From IMG/VR virus record IMGVR_UViG_3300042889_002176, positions 20,554 through 84,553 of that record: a stretch of DNA of 64,000 nucleotides; one strand, 5' to 3'. Within the stretch, counting starts at the first letter, position 1. Every line of letters begins with the position of its first letter. This document shows positions 12,001-21,524 of this stretch, piece by piece. Below the pieces are notes generated by a model. The model worked only from the letters and a program-made list of their open reading frames with translations. It was not told the origin of the DNA and did no database searches. The DNA comes from a virus. Its lineage: Duplodnaviria > Heunggongvirae > Uroviricota > Caudoviricetes. Both the position numbers and the translations under genes were made by a program.

Positions 12001-15000
12001 GTACAAAAATGTATTCTGGAGTGCACTAACCATTGTTCAACCCAGCGTAAACTTTAATTTTAATAACTGGACACAAAGTGATTATTCTCAAATTGAACTG
12101 GGCCTGCTACCAAACTTGAGCAACAAGGCCAACCAGTTGGTCAACAGTTACAACATCAACAGTGCCAATATTGATTCTGACAACGACTTGTTGAGTTACG
12201 GCTTGATTGGATTCCGTCCTCGTGAATACATGGCTGCTCTGAATCTTGACGATGTAAGTCAAGTCAACGTGTACCGACAGTTCTTGGGATCAAAAGGCAC
12301 TGCCCTCAGTACCGAACTGTTTAAAGGTGCCAACTTTGGAAAAGAAGCAGCTGACTATGACATCTATGAAAACTGGGCGGTACAACGTGCAGTGTATGGA
12401 GCCAATGCCAATCGCAGTTTCTTTGAACTGAGACTAAATCGGGCTCTATTAGATCCGAACCCAAGCCTGGTACAAGTGGTTGTGCCTCAACAGGCAAGTG
12501 ATGCTGATCAAACTGTGTTGTTGACCGACGTATGGCGTCAAAGTTACCGGCTAACTTCGCCTGACATTTTGCCAACCACAACCACGTTACCAACTGACAT
12601 TGCATTGCCCACAGCAGGCTATGTGAATATCAACGATGCTGACATCACTGTATTTGACATCAATGATGTTGGAAGCCTCAATGAGAATATTGACAACATT
12701 GAAGTTGGAACTACTATTTGGGTGGCCAAAGTCAACAATCATGACTGGAATATCTATCGTGCTGAGTCTGTTCCGGGTACTGTGGATCACGTGTGCGACA
12801 ACTTGAACGAAACTAGCCGTGTGATCTTTAGCAAGCAACATGATCTTGCCATTGGCGACAAACTGATCATCAAATTTTTTGATGATGAAGTCAATGGTGT
12901 TTACGATGTAGTAGGCATACCAAATATCAACACAGTGAACATTGTGTTTCAGTTTGCTGGAGATCGCACAGTGGCCAATGGTCAAGGTCTAGGATTCACA
13001 CTTCAGACCATGCGTGTGGCCCAGGCCAGCGACATTGCTGACCTGCCTTATGCTAACGAAATTCGCTCTGGCGCTCGTGTATGGGTAGACAACAACGGTG
13101 CCGGAGCCTGGTCAGTGTTGGAAAAGCGTCAGGCTTTTGAAAATATCACTACCATAGTTCCTGACCAAAATGTAGTGCAAGCTGGAGAACAATTTGGTAC
13201 CAGTATTGCACAAGCAAGAAATAGACTGGCAGTGTTGATAGGAAGTCCGCATTACGCTGTGTCTGACGACAGTTCGCTAAATCAACGCGGCGGCGTGTAT
13301 GTGTTTTTGAGAGACGATTCCACAGCATATAATCCTGTGAGTCCACTGGGTGCTGATGAAGATGCAGTGCTGACTTTGGATGTTGAAGGTGTCAGAGGCT
13401 ACGGCAATGCTGTGGATTTTGGAGACCAGGCCTGGGCAGTAGCCGGAGCAAGTGCAAGTCTCGGACCACAGGGCCAGGACAACAACGGTTATACTGTTGT
13501 GATCTTTCGTGATCCTGCGCTGGGCCAACCTGGCGTAATTCCGTTTGCACAATGGCAACTGTTGACTCAGCCAGGCACCACTACCACCACCACACCGGGT
13601 GCAGGAGAATTTGGCCACAGTGTGGTCATGAGTGCAGACGAACGCTGGATGTATATTGGAGCTCCGGGCCTGAATCAAGTTCATGCATACGGTCGAGTTG
13701 ATTGGCAAAATCAGTTTTTCCGTGTTCGCGGCAATGGTGTTACTACCACTTACGACATCAGCAATACTATTCAAATTGACCAGGCCACTCAACTCAAAGT
13801 TACTGTGGACGGCCTGTTGCTGGCACTGGGAACTGATTATACTGTCAATGCTGCATTGACAGAAGTTGAACTATCTGTTGCTGCTGCAATAGACAAACTG
13901 GTAGATATTCAACGTATCTACGTGCAACAAATAGATGCACAAACTTATTTTGATGTGCCACAAACAGCCACATCGGGTGGTGGCTCTGGCGTAGAATTTA
14001 CAATTGTGCGTGTGCGCAATGAAATTGGTCAGTCAGGCGGCACCTTGCCTGGCAGCATTGGCCTAACATCATTTGGTTCAGGATATGCTGTTGGTAACAC
14101 CATAACCATTGCAGCCACTAGCTTTGGTGGCGGCGTCAACGGAGTCAATGACATTGTGTTGACTCTGACTTCCGTTGGAGCAGCAGGATCAGCAGGTGCA
14201 TTTACGATTGCGTACACTCCACCAACACTGCAGACAGTGTTTGATCTTAGCACAAATTTCTTTACTGCAACCAACATTGATTCGTTCAGTATCACAGTTG
14301 GCAGTGTGTTATACAGACCCAACATTGACTACACATTCAACTCTGGCACAAAACAGTTGACTTTTGCCACAGTGCCAACACAAGGCACAGTGATTGTGGT
14401 CAATGCTCAAGGCTATTTTGAATATGTCAACACCCTTACTGTGGGTGGACTTGCAGCAGACGCAAGATTTGGACATTCAGTGAGTTGCAGCACTGATGGC
14501 CGCCAGGTCATGGTCGGCACACCTTATCAAACAGTCAGTGCTCAGGTTCAAGCAGGTGCAGTGTATGTGTTTGACCGAGCTGTGCAACGATTTATTCGAA
14601 ACAATGATTCCAGCAATGCTTACACAGTGCTTGGCACAGTCACAGCACCGGTGACTGTTTATCTAAACAACACCAGGTTGATCAACCAAGACAACAGCAT
14701 TGTTGGGGCACCTGGCACATTTGCAGTATCAGGCAACACAATTACCATTGCAGATGAATTGAACATTGGTGACAACATAGAAATTGAAACCAACCAATTT
14801 GGCTTGATTGAGGCTGTAACACAAAACACTGTGGCAGAGTTTTGTAATTTTGGTTCTGCAGTTGATTTGTGCAGCAACAACTGTAGTTTGTATGTGGGAG
14901 AACCTCAAAGCAGTGTACAAGTGTATAAAGGTGGCATCGTCGAACGCAGTGTAAATCAAAGTCGACTATACGGTTCTATTGCTGCCACAGTGGCCAATCC

Positions 15001-18000
15001 TGCGTTGACTGCTGGCAATACTTTAAGAGTCAACAACATTGATGTTGCAGTTCCTGCTAGCAATCCCACAATACAGGGCCTGGCCGCTGCAATCAACGGA
15101 TTGCCCGTGGGCGTTCAGTCAGGTGTGCCCAACGTGTTGGCCACTGTGACTGCTGGTATTTTGACACTGAGTGTCAAAAACAGTGCAGCAGCACCGTATG
15201 GTAACAAACTACAAGTAGCGCCAGGCAGCGTGGGCACAGCATTTGCTGACCTAGGATTCCGTACATTTGTTTGGACACAAAATATTTCTAGTCCTTATCC
15301 TATTGCGTTTGCTGGATTTGGCAGCAGTGTCAGTATTGACACATCAGCAATCAATCTCGTGGTTGGTGCTCCACAAGGAACCTTATATATCGAAGTTGAA
15401 TTTGATGACGGTACCACTATATTTGACGTGGGCAGTACAGAATTCTTCAGCAGCATCGCACAAAGTGGTGCCGTGTACACATTTGACTACTTGCCAAGTG
15501 ATTCAGAATCAGTGTCCAATCCTGGCAAGTTTGTGTTTGGTGCACAGATTTCCACCATTGAAGTAACACCTTATGCCAACTTTGGCACCGCTGTGAACTA
15601 TACGTCAGGCCTGCTCATGGTAGGTGCACCTGATGCTGATGTTGGCGACTCTGCAGAAACCGACTACGGCAGTGTGTTTGTGTACGAAAACGCCACTCGA
15701 TCTCCTGTGTGGCAGGCCACTGCTGTGCAGCAACCAGTGGTGGATATTAGACTACTGAATTCAGTATTCTTGTATGATCAGATTACCAGTGCAACCACAG
15801 AGTTTTTGGACTTTATGGATCCATTGCAAGGCAAAATTCTAGGTGCTGCACGACAAAACATTGACTACATTGGTGGAATTGACCCTGCATCTTACAATTC
15901 TGGACCTAACAATGTTCGTGGCACCACCTGGGCAGCCAGTCATGTGGGTCAAGTATGGTGGAATACCAGCACAGTGAGATTTATTGATCCCAACCAAGAC
16001 AATATTGTGTATGCAAGTCGTCGTTGGGCACAAGTGTTTCCGGGCAGTTCCGTAGATGTGTATCAATGGATCTCAAGCTCAGTGCCACCTGCCAACTACA
16101 CAGGCCAAGGCACAGTACTTGACAATTTGAGTTTTACTGTAAATTCTAAACTTGCTGCCGATGGCACAATTGTTACAGAATATTATTTCTGGGTTCGTGG
16201 TATTACTGTGACAGCACCGCGCAAGACGTTGCCAGTCAGCACCGTGGCCAGTTATATTGAAAGTCCACGATCCAGTGGTATTCCTTATCTGGCTCCGATC
16301 AACGCCAGCACCGTGGCTTTGTACAACTCTGGAGACTTGATTGAAGCCAGCGACACTGTGTTGCATATTGAATTCGACCGAGAACTGACCACAGACAATG
16401 TGCACGTGGAATATGAATTGATTGCACAAGGCCGTGCAGATGGTTTCTTGAGCAACAACTTGTATCGCAAGTTACAAGACAGTTTTTGCGGAGTAGATAC
16501 GTTTGGTAATCAAGTGCCTGATCTTGGCCTAAGTCCAGCAGAGCGTTATGGTGTGCAATTCCGTCCACGTCAAAGCATGTTTGTGAACCGATTTGAAGCT
16601 CTACGTAACTATTTGTCTAGAGCAAATTCTGTACTCAAGCAGTATTTTATTGCTGAAAGCCGTGTGTTTAATTTGCTCAACTCCGGCGAACCTGAACCCA
16701 GTGCCAGTTCAGGATTGTGGAACCTCCGAGTAACTAATTTGGAAATTCTTGGATTTCAAAACATTGATGCTGTGCCGCTGGGCTATCGATACCTGGTACA
16801 AACTGACAGCAACAATCGAGGCCTGTGGACTATCTATACTGTTCAGAATAGTCAAACACAACTGGGCCAGCGAGCACTCATACTTTCCCGAGTGCAGAAC
16901 TTCAATACTCCGGATTACTGGAGTTACATTGATTGGTACCGTCCTGGATACAATTCCAGCAGCAAGTTAATAACTGAAGTGGCTAGTTTTAGTTTGTTAG
17001 ACACACTGAGTGTTCCAGTGGGATCCAGCGTCAAAGTAACTGCCAATGCACAAGGTAAGTTTGAAATTTATCTGAAGACTGACCTTGCTTGGGAACGGGT
17101 GGGACTAGAAGATGGCACTATTGAATTCAGTGCAGAGCTGTGGGACTACGCACTGGGTCGATATGGTTTTGACCTGGAAGTGTTTGATGCACAGTACTAT
17201 GATCAAGAACCAGTGATTGAAACTCGTAAAATTATTCAAGCCATCAATGAAGAACTGTTTGTTGATGATCTAGCAATTGAACGTAACCGGTCTTTGATCT
17301 TGATGTTTGACTATGTGTTGAGCGAATTTTCTGCACCTGAATGGCTGGTCAAAACCAGTTTGATTGATGTAGATCATAGAATTCGAGATCTTGTGCCTTA
17401 CCAAAATTTTAACCGAGACAACCAGGAGTTTGTAGAAGACTACATTCAAGAAGTCAAACCATACCACGTGCAGATTCGAGAGTTCAACTTGCAATATGCA
17501 GGCTTTGACGATTTCCGCGGCGATGCCGTTGACTTTGATTTGCCAGCCTATTTTGACACTGAGCTCGAACTTCCTCAATTCACAAGCCCAGTGTTGCTGC
17601 CGTATCAACAGAGTACAGCATTTAATGCCACACTCACAACAGTAAGCAATTTGCCTGCTTCTAGTACAGTATGGACACAGTGGCCTTACTCAGAATGGAT
17701 TCAAAACTACCTGTTGAATCTAATTGAAGTTGAAATTACCTCAAGCGGCCAAGGCTACAACCAAGCACCGGTGGTCACGTTTGAAGGTGATGCGGTTCAA
17801 CCAGCTCAAGGATTTGCTGTGGTCAACAGTCTGGGTCAAGTGGTTGGTGTAACAATCACCACTCCGGGCGTTGGATATCGTGCTACTCCTGTTGTAACAT
17901 TCACCGGCGGCAATGGATCAGGTGTTCGTGCATACGCATCTATGGATGGATCTGCGGCTGCACAAGACTACAGTGGATCAGTGATTCCCACAACTGTTGA

Positions 18001-20719
18001 TTACTACAGTCCTGTGCGTACATTCCGTACCACCATGAAGTTTGACCGCTATCAATATGTGCCAACCCTGACTGAATGGAGTTCTGATGCCACCTACCAA
18101 AACGGAGATCTGGTACGTTATGACAATCGTGTGTGGCAAGCTGACAGTCAAGACAGCACCGCAGTTGTGGGCCCTACATTTGATCTAGAAAACTGGCAGT
18201 TGGTAAATGCCGGAACCTACAACAATGGTCTAGGGCTCAGCGGCGTTGACCGTACCATGGGTTTGTATGTTGCAGGAGTTAACTCACCTGGTCTAGAACT
18301 GCCGTTGTTGATCGACGGCATAGACTATCCAGGAGTACAGGTATACGGAGAATATTTTCTAGGCGATCCAAATGCATTAGATGCAGTGTATCAAAGTGAA
18401 TTTACTGACACTACGCTAGGCAATCGTTTTTCTGACATCAATGTCAACGGCGGAGAATTCATTGGACCCTACGAAGGACATGCTCCTGAAGAACTAGTCA
18501 ACGGTTCAGAATTTGACACACTAGATTTCCGAGTGTTCACACGCCCTGGCAGCGACTGGAGCCTTGACGGACACGGTTTTGAAATTGGCACTGTACGATA
18601 CACCTACGAACCTGCTGTGACCGGAACATACAGCTGGGCCAATGTGGTTGAAAATCCTGTGCAAGTGTTGGTCAGCAATTTGACCACAGGTCGTGACCTA
18701 GCTCGAGACGTCAACTACACAGTGAACTGGGTGAACCAGACTGTGTCTTTTGTGTCAGGCGTTGCCAACAACGACATTGTGAATATTTCTGTCTACGAAG
18801 CTGGCGGCGGAAGTCAATTGTATCGTGCCAACTACATCGGAGCAGATGTTGGCAGTTCAGTGATTATTCCAGTCAACGAAGCTGAAATTTTTGATGTGGC
18901 TGTGTTTGTAAATGGTCAACTGATTGACAACGTGACCTGGGAACCGTACTTTGACGCTGCAGTCTGGTCAATTCTTGATTCGTATGAACAATCAGCAGTG
19001 GTCATTGATGACAACACATATTATCGTGCATTGCAACCAGTTCCGGACGGCGTTGCTATCGACAACGTATTGTACTGGTTTGAATTTGCACCAACTCTGG
19101 AGTCTCAGGTAAATTTTGGTACAACCCTGGGTGTCAACGATGGTGTTTCGTTGGTGGCCCTGGGCACAACGAGTCCAATTCAATACTCCTGGAGCACCCC
19201 GCAAATACAAACAGTAGTCGCGGGTGCAGCATTGGCCATCACCAAAACTATCACAACCACCAACAGTCTCCGAGGCACCAACCCTGCCAACATGATTGTG
19301 ACACGCAACGGCTTGAGACTTCGTCCTGCAGAAGGCATTGAATGGATTGGTGACGACAGCAGCGTGAGTTTTGGATTGCCACAGCGAGGTGGTTATCAAC
19401 AAAACATCATTGACCCTGCCACTGATGTTCTAGTATGGGTAGACGGTGCAGTCCAGACACAAAGTCTTGGATCGTTTGTGGGAAATTTTAGTGTGTCCAA
19501 CTGGGACGGCTCAAACACTCCAGGCCGCCAAGTGATATTTGCAACTCCGCCTGCAGCAGGAGCCAAGATCTTGATATCAGTCAACACTGTAGCTGATTAT
19601 ATAATAGGAGCCAGTCAAGTTCAGATTGTGGGCACAGTGAATTCTGGAGATGTATTTGAAATTACTACCTGGAACGACACTGCCCAACAAGATATCTTGA
19701 CACAGGTATTTGTAGGTCCAGTGACATCAGGCATCACCATCAACGAGCCCTATGACAGCACTGATTACGATCCTGCAGTTGTCAACAACACTCCTGGATC
19801 TTATGATTACACCGCTGGTACGTCAGTGGCCAACAATCAGTTTAATCTAGGACGTACAGACATTGTGGCCAGCAGACTTTGGGTCACACTGGATGGCTAT
19901 AGACTGTTTGAAGGTGCAGACTACACCGTGGATAATGGATTTGTGATCTTGAGTTCTGGTGCAATTGGGTCAACACAGATAATGGCTGTGACTCAATTTA
20001 CCAACAGTGTGACTCCTGAAGAACTGGATTTCCGTATATTCCAGGACATGCGTGGAGTACAAGCAGTTTACAGAATTACTCGTACCACAACCACAGAACT
20101 GGCGGCAGCCGTGTCTGCTGCTGCGGATTCTATCCAGGTGGTAGACGCTGCAGCACTAAGCGAGCCTAATTTAGAGTTGGGCATTTTTGGTGTGGTAATT
20201 ATTGATGGCGAACGTATCATGTATCGCACACGTGATCTTGCTGCCAAAACCATCAGTAGTTTGTTGCGGGGCACTGCAGGCACAGCCGCTGCTGACCATG
20301 CAGTGGGAGCAAGTGTAACTGATCTTGGTCGTGGCAACTTGTTGGATCCAGAATATCAAGATCGTGTGGTCAGTGACACTGCACTAGGCGATGGGTCAAC
20401 TGTGGTGTATTACGCACCAAGTATAACTGATGTTGATTTTGGAGATTCTAGTAGTGTGTTTGTTGATGCTATTGAAGTGTATGTGGGCGGCCAACGTCAG
20501 TATCCTGCTTTTATTACAGAATCGCCGTACCCTTGGGTTGTGACCAATTTTGACCCTGTGGCTGTGGAATTTCTGGAAGCATTACCACCAGAAGGAATTG
20601 AAGTTACAATCTTGATTCGCCGTGGTGTAAGTTGGTACGAACCAGGTGTGGGCACTGCCAGCAACGGCGTTGCCTTACAAGATACCAATACTCGTGCAGC
20701 AAGGTTCTTGCGTGGGTAA
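6059..20719 (+). CDS. giant virion structural protein (4,886 aa; gp7-position baseplate/fibre protein) with FG-GAP beta-propeller region and Gly/Tyr-rich repeats
   Basis: An uninterrupted 14.66 kb ORF. FG-GAP-like repeats (FGHSV..., FGSAVDL...VGEP, FGSSVSI...VGAPQGTLY, FGTAVNY...VGAPDADVGDS...YGSVFVYE) lie at ~13.2-15.7 kb. Repeats of the form xGxGYxxAPVVTFxGG lie at ~14.0 and ~17.7-17.9 kb. Only antisense ORFs inside it are short and spurious. Confidence 0.7.
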   Translation: MATVRSVDFLPEIFQTDANKQFLAATLDQLIQEPQFKKTQGFIGRSVGPGVNPNDRYVIEPTKSRTDYQLEPGVISLKPDTDRVRDAITYPGMNDAVAYQGGRNSTPDQLYSSEYYSWDPFVDFDPFVNFSQYFWLPAGPSAVDVAATGIPVQANFPVTRADGVYTFGGISGQNPVIELVRGGSYSFQVAQNNKETVNYRVRNLQNSAYSIDAQSNPDLTLARGNTYVFNLNLTGVFPFWIKTAPTTGRGELYNSGVTRNGSNSGLVTFVVPQDAPDTLYYAAENEANMQGQLTIVDSVPGTGPGFWIQAAPGVSGFLPATPNVSSRDVFGVDNNGQDLGTVIFNVPYKTAQNFYYNLPSINNVDLITDLKFDQINNIPVVEFIAQYGGIDGITNLSGRTLVFTNPISDYEDGGWQRTTRFDPLEAVSANNGLPGSYDSIEYDQTTVIPLEDRYQLWQINYVNDSGTNYIFLSRIETIDALTKFTIRYGTEYSSTQWYKDNTGLFERIPLLTAAQDVLYYQDGTDPEIFGQIRLIDQLASDTLTLDQIIGQRSYTSPNGVAFTNGLNVRFIGAVEPAEFGSGIGSLTYSSTESGTNYITSLEVNELYVGQQIVFSAPTLGGLVAGQTYYVRSFAANGQKFTVSATLGGLAVNLVTGQGEGVNQATTISNREYYVSGVGTAIELLPVTNFVVPESYAADADSTTVNVEPGQPDYLTINRASQDLNAWSRSNRWFHIDVINATAEYTNVPAVLNNQFRAKRPIVQFRPGIRLYNMGTEGKAPVDIIDFVATDAFSNINGSLGYTINGYALAEGSRVIFAADTDADVRNKIYQVSFIIPDSVAPLIAQPVINLTLATDGNVLIDQSTVVLNGTTTAGKTYWFDGTDWTQAQQKTGIQQAPLYNVYDTVGVSFSNNTKYPSTTFAGSKLFSYAVGDTNIFDPVLQFPLQYLNINNVGDIVFENNLYKDTFLYVEDNASVTLAIDQGSVQEYQSRTGYNKLIGWQTAAVTSQIYQQFKFNYSGQTLKLDVAVLPQTAIAVPVVKIYAGSVFQDMSTYTYTVTADSTVITLNRIYTPEDVIEVLVLSDQTSQIAFYQVPVNLESNPLNENSELFTLGTVRSHYQSICENLPGLTGEINGANNLRDLGNVVPYGLNILQQSAPLTLAGYFLRSKEYNIFSSLQYNSREYIKFKAQMLDAVLSQNIGFRNTAQVLDTAIQDVTLGKLDSQPFYWSDMIPTGVTVASNTYTVGFVTGVTFDTVQVYNYTSANYLGLLVYRNDLLLTRGVDYVVATDGPRITIITTLATGDTIVINEYSNTYGSFVPNTPTKLGLYPAYQPGIVLQKTSTGTIEAIQGHDGSTTPVFGDIRDQVLLEFETRIYNNLKLDGNPVPLDLNNVMPGQFRTTGYSFEEINSILSQDFLSYCGWNKLDYKPQQYSANNSFTWNYSSAQNKLNNQNMLGAWRGIYRYTYDTQQPEYTPWEMLGLSIRPTWWNERYGPAPYTQDNLVLWDDIEAGYVADPVAPYFAEGYARPGLLEILPTGTEGELLSPAQCVMGTFNETQFQKSWTVGDGGPVEASWWNSSSYPFAVMRVLALTRPAKFFALFADRDLYRYNEDYQQYLYNNRFRLDANGVEVYGNGVSKASYINWIVDYNRLTGLDSTNNLTADLKSLDVRLCYRMASFSDKQYIKLYTEKSSPNSINTTLLIPDESYDILLYKNQPFDRVSYSSVTIQRTDRGGFIVNGYSTVQPYFNIFESRATGRLQTYTNGGITIRVPTFYTDTVVQVPYGFEFSSVTSVADFLLSYGQFLDSQGLSFTDIANGYVLDWPRMVNEFMYWSQQGWGTDAIININPLATGLTVTKPQAIVDSILAQTAENSVLNQNSQEFPVRNLNIVRLDNTFVMQALNDNSISFVDLSYTTYEHMVVLNNQSVFGDLIYDPVTGARQSRLNLVAVNSTGWNGNVDAPGFILNQDNVEEWTGTRIYSKGEIVKYKNVFWSALTIVQPSVNFNFNNWTQSDYSQIELGLLPNLSNKANQLVNSYNINSANIDSDNDLLSYGLIGFRPREYMAALNLDDVSQVNVYRQFLGSKGTALSTELFKGANFGKEAADYDIYENWAVQRAVYGANANRSFFELRLNRALLDPNPSLVQVVVPQQASDADQTVLLTDVWRQSYRLTSPDILPTTTTLPTDIALPTAGYVNINDADITVFDINDVGSLNENIDNIEVGTTIWVAKVNNHDWNIYRAESVPGTVDHVCDNLNETSRVIFSKQHDLAIGDKLIIKFFDDEVNGVYDVVGIPNINTVNIVFQFAGDRTVANGQGLGFTLQTMRVAQASDIADLPYANEIRSGARVWVDNNGAGAWSVLEKRQAFENITTIVPDQNVVQAGEQFGTSIAQARNRLAVLIGSPHYAVSDDSSLNQRGGVYVFLRDDSTAYNPVSPLGADEDAVLTLDVEGVRGYGNAVDFGDQAWAVAGASASLGPQGQDNNGYTVVIFRDPALGQPGVIPFAQWQLLTQPGTTTTTTPGAGEFGHSVVMSADERWMYIGAPGLNQVHAYGRVDWQNQFFRVRGNGVTTTYDISNTIQIDQATQLKVTVDGLLLALGTDYTVNAALTEVELSVAAAIDKLVDIQRIYVQQIDAQTYFDVPQTATSGGGSGVEFTIVRVRNEIGQSGGTLPGSIGLTSFGSGYAVGNTITIAATSFGGGVNGVNDIVLTLTSVGAAGSAGAFTIAYTPPTLQTVFDLSTNFFTATNIDSFSITVGSVLYRPNIDYTFNSGTKQLTFATVPTQGTVIVVNAQGYFEYVNTLTVGGLAADARFGHSVSCSTDGRQVMVGTPYQTVSAQVQAGAVYVFDRAVQRFIRNNDSSNAYTVLGTVTAPVTVYLNNTRLINQDNSIVGAPGTFAVSGNTITIADELNIGDNIEIETNQFGLIEAVTQNTVAEFCNFGSAVDLCSNNCSLYVGEPQSSVQVYKGGIVERSVNQSRLYGSIAATVANPALTAGNTLRVNNIDVAVPASNPTIQGLAAAINGLPVGVQSGVPNVLATVTAGILTLSVKNSAAAPYGNKLQVAPGSVGTAFADLGFRTFVWTQNISSPYPIAFAGFGSSVSIDTSAINLVVGAPQGTLYIEVEFDDGTTIFDVGSTEFFSSIAQSGAVYTFDYLPSDSESVSNPGKFVFGAQISTIEVTPYANFGTAVNYTSGLLMVGAPDADVGDSAETDYGSVFVYENATRSPVWQATAVQQPVVDIRLLNSVFLYDQITSATTEFLDFMDPLQGKILGAARQNIDYIGGIDPASYNSGPNNVRGTTWAASHVGQVWWNTSTVRFIDPNQDNIVYASRRWAQVFPGSSVDVYQWISSSVPPANYTGQGTVLDNLSFTVNSKLAADGTIVTEYYFWVRGITVTAPRKTLPVSTVASYIESPRSSGIPYLAPINASTVALYNSGDLIEASDTVLHIEFDRELTTDNVHVEYELIAQGRADGFLSNNLYRKLQDSFCGVDTFGNQVPDLGLSPAERYGVQFRPRQSMFVNRFEALRNYLSRANSVLKQYFIAESRVFNLLNSGEPEPSASSGLWNLRVTNLEILGFQNIDAVPLGYRYLVQTDSNNRGLWTIYTVQNSQTQLGQRALILSRVQNFNTPDYWSYIDWYRPGYNSSSKLITEVASFSLLDTLSVPVGSSVKVTANAQGKFEIYLKTDLAWERVGLEDGTIEFSAELWDYALGRYGFDLEVFDAQYYDQEPVIETRKIIQAINEELFVDDLAIERNRSLILMFDYVLSEFSAPEWLVKTSLIDVDHRIRDLVPYQNFNRDNQEFVEDYIQEVKPYHVQIREFNLQYAGFDDFRGDAVDFDLPAYFDTELELPQFTSPVLLPYQQSTAFNATLTTVSNLPASSTVWTQWPYSEWIQNYLLNLIEVEITSSGQGYNQAPVVTFEGDAVQPAQGFAVVNSLGQVVGVTITTPGVGYRATPVVTFTGGNGSGVRAYASMDGSAAAQDYSGSVIPTTVDYYSPVRTFRTTMKFDRYQYVPTLTEWSSDATYQNGDLVRYDNRVWQADSQDSTAVVGPTFDLENWQLVNAGTYNNGLGLSGVDRTMGLYVAGVNSPGLELPLLIDGIDYPGVQVYGEYFLGDPNALDAVYQSEFTDTTLGNRFSDINVNGGEFIGPYEGHAPEELVNGSEFDTLDFRVFTRPGSDWSLDGHGFEIGTVRYTYEPAVTGTYSWANVVENPVQVLVSNLTTGRDLARDVNYTVNWVNQTVSFVSGVANNDIVNISVYEAGGGSQLYRANYIGADVGSSVIIPVNEAEIFDVAVFVNGQLIDNVTWEPYFDAAVWSILDSYEQSAVVIDDNTYYRALQPVPDGVAIDNVLYWFEFAPTLESQVNFGTTLGVNDGVSLVALGTTSPIQYSWSTPQIQTVVAGAALAITKTITTTNSLRGTNPANMIVTRNGLRLRPAEGIEWIGDDSSVSFGLPQRGGYQQNIIDPATDVLVWVDGAVQTQSLGSFVGNFSVSNWDGSNTPGRQVIFATPPAAGAKILISVNTVADYIIGASQVQIVGTVNSGDVFEITTWNDTAQQDILTQVFVGPVTSGITINEPYDSTDYDPAVVNNTPGSYDYTAGTSVANNQFNLGRTDIVASRLWVTLDGYRLFEGADYTVDNGFVILSSGAIGSTQIMAVTQFTNSVTPEELDFRIFQDMRGVQAVYRITRTTTTELAAAVSAAADSIQVVDAAALSEPNLELGIFGVVIIDGERIMYRTRDLAAKTISSLLRGTAGTAAADHAVGASVTDLGRGNLLDPEYQDRVVSDTALGDGSTVVYYAPSITDVDFGDSSSVFVDAIEVYVGGQRQYPAFITESPYPWVVTNFDPVAVEFLEALPPEGIEVTILIRRGVSWYEPGVGTASNGVALQDTNTRAARFLRG

Positions 20720-20741
20720 TAAACAAGGTAAATAAAAGATC

Positions 20742-20891
20742 ATGACAAACACACAGTCGACAAAACCCACAGTACCTGCTGTTCAGCAGCGTCCTGCAAG
20801 ACCCAACGAAAAAGGGTCTATTTCAGTACAGGCACACATGCGAATTTTTGATCCTGCTACCCAAAAAACCTACGTGGAGGGTCGAGCATGA
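20742..20891 (+). CDS. small hypothetical protein (49 aa)
   Basis: ATG at 20742 gives MTNTQSTKPTVPAVQQRPARPNEKGSISVQAHMRIFDPATQKTYVEGRA. The stop overlaps the next start (ATGA at 20888-20891). It is below the ORF-track threshold. Confidence 0.3.
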   Translation: MTNTQSTKPTVPAVQQRPARPNEKGSISVQAHMRIFDPATQKTYVEGRA

Positions 20892-21496
20892 TTATCACTC
20901 CTGGTCTTGCAAAAATTGAAGGATTTATCAAAATCCACGACCCTGTAACAGGTGAAGTGTTGGTGGACAAAAAGAATGCTATTCACTACGAAAACATCTC
21001 AATTGCAATGGCACAGACTCTGAGCAACAGAAATTTGGGTTACGTCTACGAAATGGCTTTTGGTAACGGCGGCAGTTCAGTTGACCCCACAGGTGTTATT
21101 ACCTATTTGCCCCCTAATACCATCGGACAAAACGCTGACTTGTACAATCAAACCTATCAAAAAGTAGTGGATGATCAAAGTGCAGCCAACCAAGATCCTG
21201 TAAACAACCGCATGACTGTGTTGCATACTTCAGGCAACGTGTACACTGATATCTTGGTCACATGTTTGCTGGACTACGGCGAGCCGCCAACACAGCAGGC
21301 ATTTGACAACTCAACCGACTTCAACGGCGAATTTGTGTTTGACGAACTGGGACTCAAAGTCTGGAACGGTGCAGCAGACGATTTACGCTTGATCACACAT
21401 GTGATTTTTCACCCGGTGCAAAAGAGTTTGAACCGACAAATTCAAATTGACTACACCGTACGAATCCAGACATTGAGTAACATCAATGCTGTATAA
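20888..21496 (+). CDS. hypothetical virion-associated protein
   Basis: A 202-aa ORF is coupled by an ATGA overlap to the upstream small ORF and lies inside the structural block. Confidence 0.5.
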   Translation: MIITPGLAKIEGFIKIHDPVTGEVLVDKKNAIHYENISIAMAQTLSNRNLGYVYEMAFGNGGSSVDPTGVITYLPPNTIGQNADLYNQTYQKVVDDQSAANQDPVNNRMTVLHTSGNVYTDILVTCLLDYGEPPTQQAFDNSTDFNGEFVFDELGLKVWNGAADDLRLITHVIFHPVQKSLNRQIQIDYTVRIQTLSNINAV

Positions 21497-21524
21497 ATAT
21501 TGACAACAGGAATAGGCGACCAAC

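Noticed and set aside
6146-20688. Numerous 60-170 aa ORFs on the - strand and in alternative + frames inside the giant gene (e.g. 12587-12985, 13277-13792, 16079-16429)
   Set aside because: They are fully embedded in a continuous 14.6 kb ORF with consistent protein-like repeat content. They have no SD or start context and low-complexity translations, so they are spurious antisense/alt-frame ORFs.
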